From assembly GCA_029051085.1 (NCBI GenBank), contig JAIDLK010000059.1, positions 1-39,057 on the forward strand: DNA of 39,057 nucleotides. Direction: 5' to 3'. The notes beneath the pieces were generated by a model. That model was not told where the DNA came from. It did no database searches and worked only from the letters and a program-made list of their open reading frames with translations. Below, piece after piece: positions 35,023 through 39,057 of this stretch. Numbering within the stretch: position 1 is the first letter of the stretch; the number at the start of each line of letters is the position of its first letter. The stretch comes from Alphaproteobacteria bacterium (GTDB lineage Bacteria; Pseudomonadota; Alphaproteobacteria; Rs-D84). A program made the translations under genes and the position numbers.

Positions 35023-36285
35023 TTGATAAATCAAGTAATAACCGTTGACAGAAAGAAATACGCCGCCGGTCTGTTTTGGCAGCCCATCGCTAGCGGCTTT
35101 GTTGCGCGCAATTATGCACGCAGTTTGGCACGCAGTATTGATGGAAAACTGAATCTTTATGTTGATTATCGTGCGATGGTTGGGCTTGGTGCGCGACGTT
35201 TGGGACATCGCCGCGGTATGCACAGTGCCGCCGCTGAAATCATGGATTCCATGACGGAATATTCATCCTTTTTGGGCGTGTTTCAGGCGGGGCGTCTGTT
35301 TTATCTGGTTGCGGTTAGAAACGGTATTATTTTAAACGACAGGCTGTTTGATTCCGAGGCGGCCGCACGCGCAGAGTATCTGCGCCTGGCCCAGATTCCG
35401 GATTGGTCCGCATTATTTGCGCCCAGCGCATGGTCAATGCCGCGTGCCGTTGAGCGTAATTTGTCCGATATTATAACCGGTCGTGCACCGGCGGCGTTGC
35501 GTCATATCGGGCGTATAAAAATGTTATTGGTTTCGGTCGGACTGATAGGATTGTTTGTATTGGGGATTGGTTATCTGTTTCGCGCGCCTATTACACAAAT
35601 GCTGGCACCGCGTCCCCAGATTGCAAAAATTGATCCGGAATTGGCGGCGGAATACAAACGGATAATAGAAGAAAAAAACAAGGAACTGGACAAGGTGTTT
35701 GAAATAGAAAAAACACCGCCGCCGGAACCGCTGCGTATGCCGTATGATTATTTGCCGGACCCGATGGAGCGTGCCAATTTATGCTATCAGGCAATCGGAT
35801 TTTTGATGCAGCCTGTTCAGGGTTGGAACCAGGTGTCGGCTGAATGCGGCGAGGAGTATGCCAATGCATCACTGCGTCGCGGATTTGGGACGCTTGTACA
35901 GTTTTATGAAATTGCCGGCCGGTTAATGCCGGGGGCATTTGTTCGTGAAGAGTCCGAGAATGCTTTGAACGTGCGTGCACGTCTGCCGGAGTTGGAGGTG
36001 CATTCTTCGCAAGATGAACGTGATGCCGATACGATTGTCCGTGATGTATACAGTCTGTTTCAGGCAACCGCTGAAGATGTTGAAATAGGGGTTGTTGCGG
36101 ATGCAATAACAAACGGAATTGAAACGGCATCGGTTGATGTGGTTGAAGTGGCGGCATCATCAAAATTGACACCGGCCCAGTTTATGGAAATATTCGCTGA
36201 TTTCGGCGGTGTTTATATGACCCGGTGCGCATGGGACGTGTCGCGTCGCATTTGGAACTATGAGGTGATAATCTATGCAAAATAA
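35023..36285 (+). CDS. Bitopic pilus-assembly protein, PilO-like in R64/PAPI-1 type IVb nomenclature (GspL-like architecture)
   Basis: A cytoplasmic N-domain beginning ..RKKYAAGLFWQPI is followed by a single TM (IKMLLVSVGLIGLFVLGIGYLF) and a periplasmic domain of about 230 aa. The start is TTG. It overlaps the next gene by 11 nt. Confidence 0.5.
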   Translation: MINQVITVDRKKYAAGLFWQPIASGFVARNYARSLARSIDGKLNLYVDYRAMVGLGARRLGHRRGMHSAAAEIMDSMTEYSSFLGVFQAGRLFYLVAVRNGIILNDRLFDSEAAARAEYLRLAQIPDWSALFAPSAWSMPRAVERNLSDIITGRAPAALRHIGRIKMLLVSVGLIGLFVLGIGYLFRAPITQMLAPRPQIAKIDPELAAEYKRIIEEKNKELDKVFEIEKTPPPEPLRMPYDYLPDPMERANLCYQAIGFLMQPVQGWNQVSAECGEEYANASLRRGFGTLVQFYEIAGRLMPGAFVREESENALNVRARLPELEVHSSQDERDADTIVRDVYSLFQATAEDVEIGVVADAITNGIETASVDVVEVAASSKLTPAQFMEIFADFGGVYMTRCAWDVSRRIWNYEVIIYAK

Positions 36286-36934
36286 GAAATTCCGGTTAAT
36301 TGCGGTTTTGGCAATTATGTGCATGTGTGGCAATGCGTGGGCGGCCGTGGCGGATGTTGATGAAGAAATGGATGCGGTCAGTGCAGAGGCTGTTGCCGAT
36401 TATAAAGTAGAGGGTTCGCTGTTTCAGCAGATTACGGATTTGGAACAGGAAAAAGTTCTGATGCAGTTGGAAAAAGAGCGTGCCCAGCTGGACTTGGAGT
36501 TGGACAGACTGGCGGCGGAAAAAATAAAGCTGCATATGGAAATAGATACGTTGTCCGGTCGGGCCGAGGCACAGCAGCAGGAGCTGGAGACGGAAAAGGC
36601 GAAACTGGAAGCCGAGGCTGCACGCCTGCAAAAGGAAAAGGAGGCTTTGACAGCCGCGGCGGCCGCACCGGTAAAGACAGTTGCCGCTTCGTCGCGTGCG
36701 GATACGTCAAATGACGATATTGTTATTTCGGATAATTTCCGTTTGATAAATGTTATCGGGGCCGGTTCTCAGCTGCAGGCAACGGTCGAGTCTCTTGATA
36801 CCGGTCAGACAAAGAGAATTCGGGTCGGGTCGGTACTTGACGGATTTTCCGTAAAATCCATATCTTTGGATGACGGGGTTGTCTTTGTCAAAGATGGAAA
36901 TAGTCAGACGTTGAATATTGGCGGAAACAAATAA
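36275..36934 (+). CDS. PilP-like periplasmic protein (signal peptide, coiled coil, C-terminal beta domain)
   Basis: The signal peptide is ..AVLAIMCMCGNAWA. A long heptad-rich region (LEQEKVLMQLEKERAQLDLELDRL...) follows. The C-terminus FRLINVIG...QATVESLDTGQTKRIRVGSVLDGFSVKSISLDDGVVF fits the PilP-type pattern. Confidence 0.5.
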   Translation: MQNKKFRLIAVLAIMCMCGNAWAAVADVDEEMDAVSAEAVADYKVEGSLFQQITDLEQEKVLMQLEKERAQLDLELDRLAAEKIKLHMEIDTLSGRAEAQQQELETEKAKLEAEAARLQKEKEALTAAAAAPVKTVAASSRADTSNDDIVISDNFRLINVIGAGSQLQATVESLDTGQTKRIRVGSVLDGFSVKSISLDDGVVFVKDGNSQTLNIGGNK

Positions 36935-36949
36935 TACGGACAGGAAAAC

Positions 36950-38578
36950 ATGGCCACATCGGATAAAACGATTTTGAATCCTTTTTCGTCCACGCCGTCT
37001 GTACCGGCCGGATTGGAAAATGCCACCAACAAGGATGTGGTCGATTATCTTTTTGCCAATGGAAACCGCCTGTTAACCGCGGCGGGGGGCGAATTTGAGT
37101 TATCCAAGGATACTCAGAGCCTAATAGCGTATTTTTCCGGTGGTGAATTGATTATATCGCGAACGCACAGATATGACGGGCGCGTATTGGCTTTTATAGA
37201 TTTGCTGGCGCGGCGCGGTCGCAAGGCACATGCACCGTTTTATTCCGATTTGGGTTTGCTGTCGACAATTTATAAGACCTATGAAGGGCGCGGTGCAGAT
37301 GCACGCGGTCGGACGGATTACGACAACCAGATGCAAAAGGATTTTGTTGATATTGTTGCCCGTGCCGCCGCCCAGAAAGTGTCCGATATTCATATAGAGG
37401 TTGCCGATCAGACCACGATTTATTTCCGTATTGATGGCAGTATGCAGCCTGTGCTGGAGTATAATTCCGGATGGGGGGAATCGTTTGTACGTGCGGCGTT
37501 TGCTTCGGCGGATATATCAAATTCAAACTATGCCCAGAACGAGTATCAGTCTGCACAAAAAGACGGACGGACACCCCTGCGCGGGACCAAGGATTTGTAT
37601 CTGCCGGCGGGTGTTCTAGCGATACGTATGCAGTTTAATCCGATTGCATTCGGCAGTCGCTATGTTGTTATGCGACTGTTGTATGACAATCCGTCCGAAG
37701 GGATAAAATCCGGCCAGGAATTTGGAGAATATGAACAGAAACTGTTAATGCAGTTGCGTTCGTTCCCGACGGGTTTGGTTGTTGTGGCGGGGCCCACCAG
37801 TTCGGGAAAATCCACCACGCTGGTTAGAAATATGTCGCTGATGCTGAAAGAGCGGCGATATGAAATCAATCTTATTACGGTTGAAGATCCGGCGGAACAA
37901 AAGATTTTCGGCGCACATCAGATGCCGGTTGTAAATGCCATGAACGAGGAGCAGCGCGAGGAAAAATTCACCGAAGCGTTGGCTGCGGCGTTGCGCAGTG
38001 ACCCGGATACGCTGATGGTTGGTGAAATTCGTACTTTGGCGGCGGCCCAGCTGACTGTAAAGGGGGCGTTGTCGGGTCATAATGTTTGGACGACACTGCA
38101 TGCTAATTCCGCAATGGCGGCTTTGACCCGATTGCTGGATATGGGGGTTGAGGCGTTTAAGCTGAAAGAAGAAACAATGATGCGCGGGTTGATATCCATG
38201 CGTCTGTTTAAAAAGTTGTGTCCGGATTGTCGTGAACCCTTGGCCGAACATCCCGAGCATCCGGCATATCGTCGCGTGATGGAAGCGTTCGGGGAACTGG
38301 GGCTGCGCCAGGTGTATGTGCGTGGTGCGGGCTGTGAAAAATGTGGACGCAGCGGGACGCTTGGGCGTATCAAGGCGGGCGAAATTATTATTACAAACAG
38401 CGAGTTTTTGAATCTTGCACTGTCCGGTGATACTGATGGTGCGGTGCGATACTGGCTGGAAAATATGGACGGGCGGACATTAAAAGAGGCGGCGGTTTCA
38501 CTGATGCTGCAGGGGATTATCGGTGTTGATGAATTGGAACGCTGGGTTGGGTTGCTTGACCGGCCGGGGGTATATTGA
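36950..38578 (+). CDS. GspE/PilB-family secretion ATPase (PilQ-like in R64 nomenclature)
   Basis: It carries Walker A GPTSSGKSTT, Walker B and Asp box DTLMVGEIR, His box GHNVWTTLHAN, and the tetracysteine motif CPDC...CEKC. Confidence 0.88.
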   Translation: MATSDKTILNPFSSTPSVPAGLENATNKDVVDYLFANGNRLLTAAGGEFELSKDTQSLIAYFSGGELIISRTHRYDGRVLAFIDLLARRGRKAHAPFYSDLGLLSTIYKTYEGRGADARGRTDYDNQMQKDFVDIVARAAAQKVSDIHIEVADQTTIYFRIDGSMQPVLEYNSGWGESFVRAAFASADISNSNYAQNEYQSAQKDGRTPLRGTKDLYLPAGVLAIRMQFNPIAFGSRYVVMRLLYDNPSEGIKSGQEFGEYEQKLLMQLRSFPTGLVVVAGPTSSGKSTTLVRNMSLMLKERRYEINLITVEDPAEQKIFGAHQMPVVNAMNEEQREEKFTEALAAALRSDPDTLMVGEIRTLAAAQLTVKGALSGHNVWTTLHANSAMAALTRLLDMGVEAFKLKEETMMRGLISMRLFKKLCPDCREPLAEHPEHPAYRRVMEAFGELGLRQVYVRGAGCEKCGRSGTLGRIKAGEIIITNSEFLNLALSGDTDGAVRYWLENMDGRTLKEAAVSLMLQGIIGVDELERWVGLLDRPGVY

Positions 38579-39057
38579 TGGAACGCCTGGAAAAACTGTA
38601 TGCAAAAATTGTATTTAGAACCAATACGTCCAAGCGTATGGCGACATGTCGAAAATTGGCATCGTTGTTGCGTAATGATTTTACATTGATGAATGCGCTG
38701 GGGCGGATTGAAATGATAGAATCGCGTGGTGGCAGAAAACCGGGCGAACCGTTTGCAATCGTTATGCGCGAATGGCAGAAACATCTGGAACGCGGTATGA
38801 GTTTTTCAGAAGCCACACGCGGATGGGGTCCGGCGGATGAAACATTGCTGCTGACATCGGGGAATATATCAAATCTGGCGGTGGCATTGGAAAATGTCGG
38901 CCGTGTGGTCGAAGGTACGGGGCGTATTTCACGTGCAATGGCCTCGGCCGTGGCATATCCGTTGTTTTTGTTTGCGCTGACATTCGGAATAATAATAATG
39001 GTCGGACTGTATTTGGTGCCGCCCTTGGCAGATGCGGCGGGTGCCGGTGTGGTATGG
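38578..39057 (+). CDS. GspF/PilC-family inner-membrane platform protein, partial (runs off the window)
   Basis: This ORF is not in the track because it has no stop. My translation is MERLEKLYAKIVFRTNTSKRMATCRKLASLLRNDFTLMNALGRIE...AVAYPLFLFALTFGIIIMVGLYLVPP, which fits the T2SSF-domain pattern. A TGATG overlap joins it to the ATPase gene. Confidence 0.75.
   Translation, partial: MERLEKLYAKIVFRTNTSKRMATCRKLASLLRNDFTLMNALGRIEMIESRGGRKPGEPFAIVMREWQKHLERGMSFSEATRGWGPADETLLLTSGNISNLAVALENVGRVVEGTGRISRAMASAVAYPLFLFALTFGIIIMVGLYLVPPLADAAGAGVVW

Overview
The window is 39 kb of densely packed, apparently intact chromosome from a Gram-negative bacterium.

**Lineage (inference).** It is probably an alphaproteobacterium, possibly host-associated. 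Supporting markers are an alpha-type SspB ending in VVSLDEFRKNRNK, a stand-alone Cys-free L36, and a DUF374 gene next to lpxK.

**Housekeeping content.** Recognisable genes are pal, infC (ATT start), accB-accC, rnpA-yidD, mreB, recF, sspB, pnp, ybaB, rsmE, a pseudouridine synthase, ychF, rpmJ, an ABC-F ATPase, lpxK-lpxC, tRNA-Cys and an initiator-type tRNA-Met. Almost all have lost their usual operon partners, so synteny is strongly scrambled.

**Accessory modules between the housekeeping genes.**
1. A five-gene operon encodes a TolC-like protein, a membrane-fusion protein, an ABC ATPase and a MacB-type permease, and ends in an uncharacterised radical-SAM enzyme.
2. An orphan virD4 coupling protein sits in a 31-bp divergent gap opposite rsmE.
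3. A virB3-virB4 pair is translationally coupled to a secreted HExxH protein and followed by a two-TM beta-rich protein. No virB2 or virB5-B11 genes are in view.
4. A two-gene locus for Sec-exported, Cys-containing proteins lies behind a roughly 240-nt structured leader and a pair of small palindromic repeats.
5. A type IVb-pilus-like assembly operon (PilO-like, PilP-like, GspE/PilB-type ATPase, GspF-type platform) starts directly after lpxC and runs off the window.

**Other observations.** A perfect 28-nt palindromic terminator is reused verbatim three times. TGnTATAAT extended -10 boxes recur, with some genes looking leaderless. No rRNA, CRISPR array, transposase or integrase was recognised.

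**Basis.** All functional calls come from reading motifs in the translations. Nothing was searched against a database.
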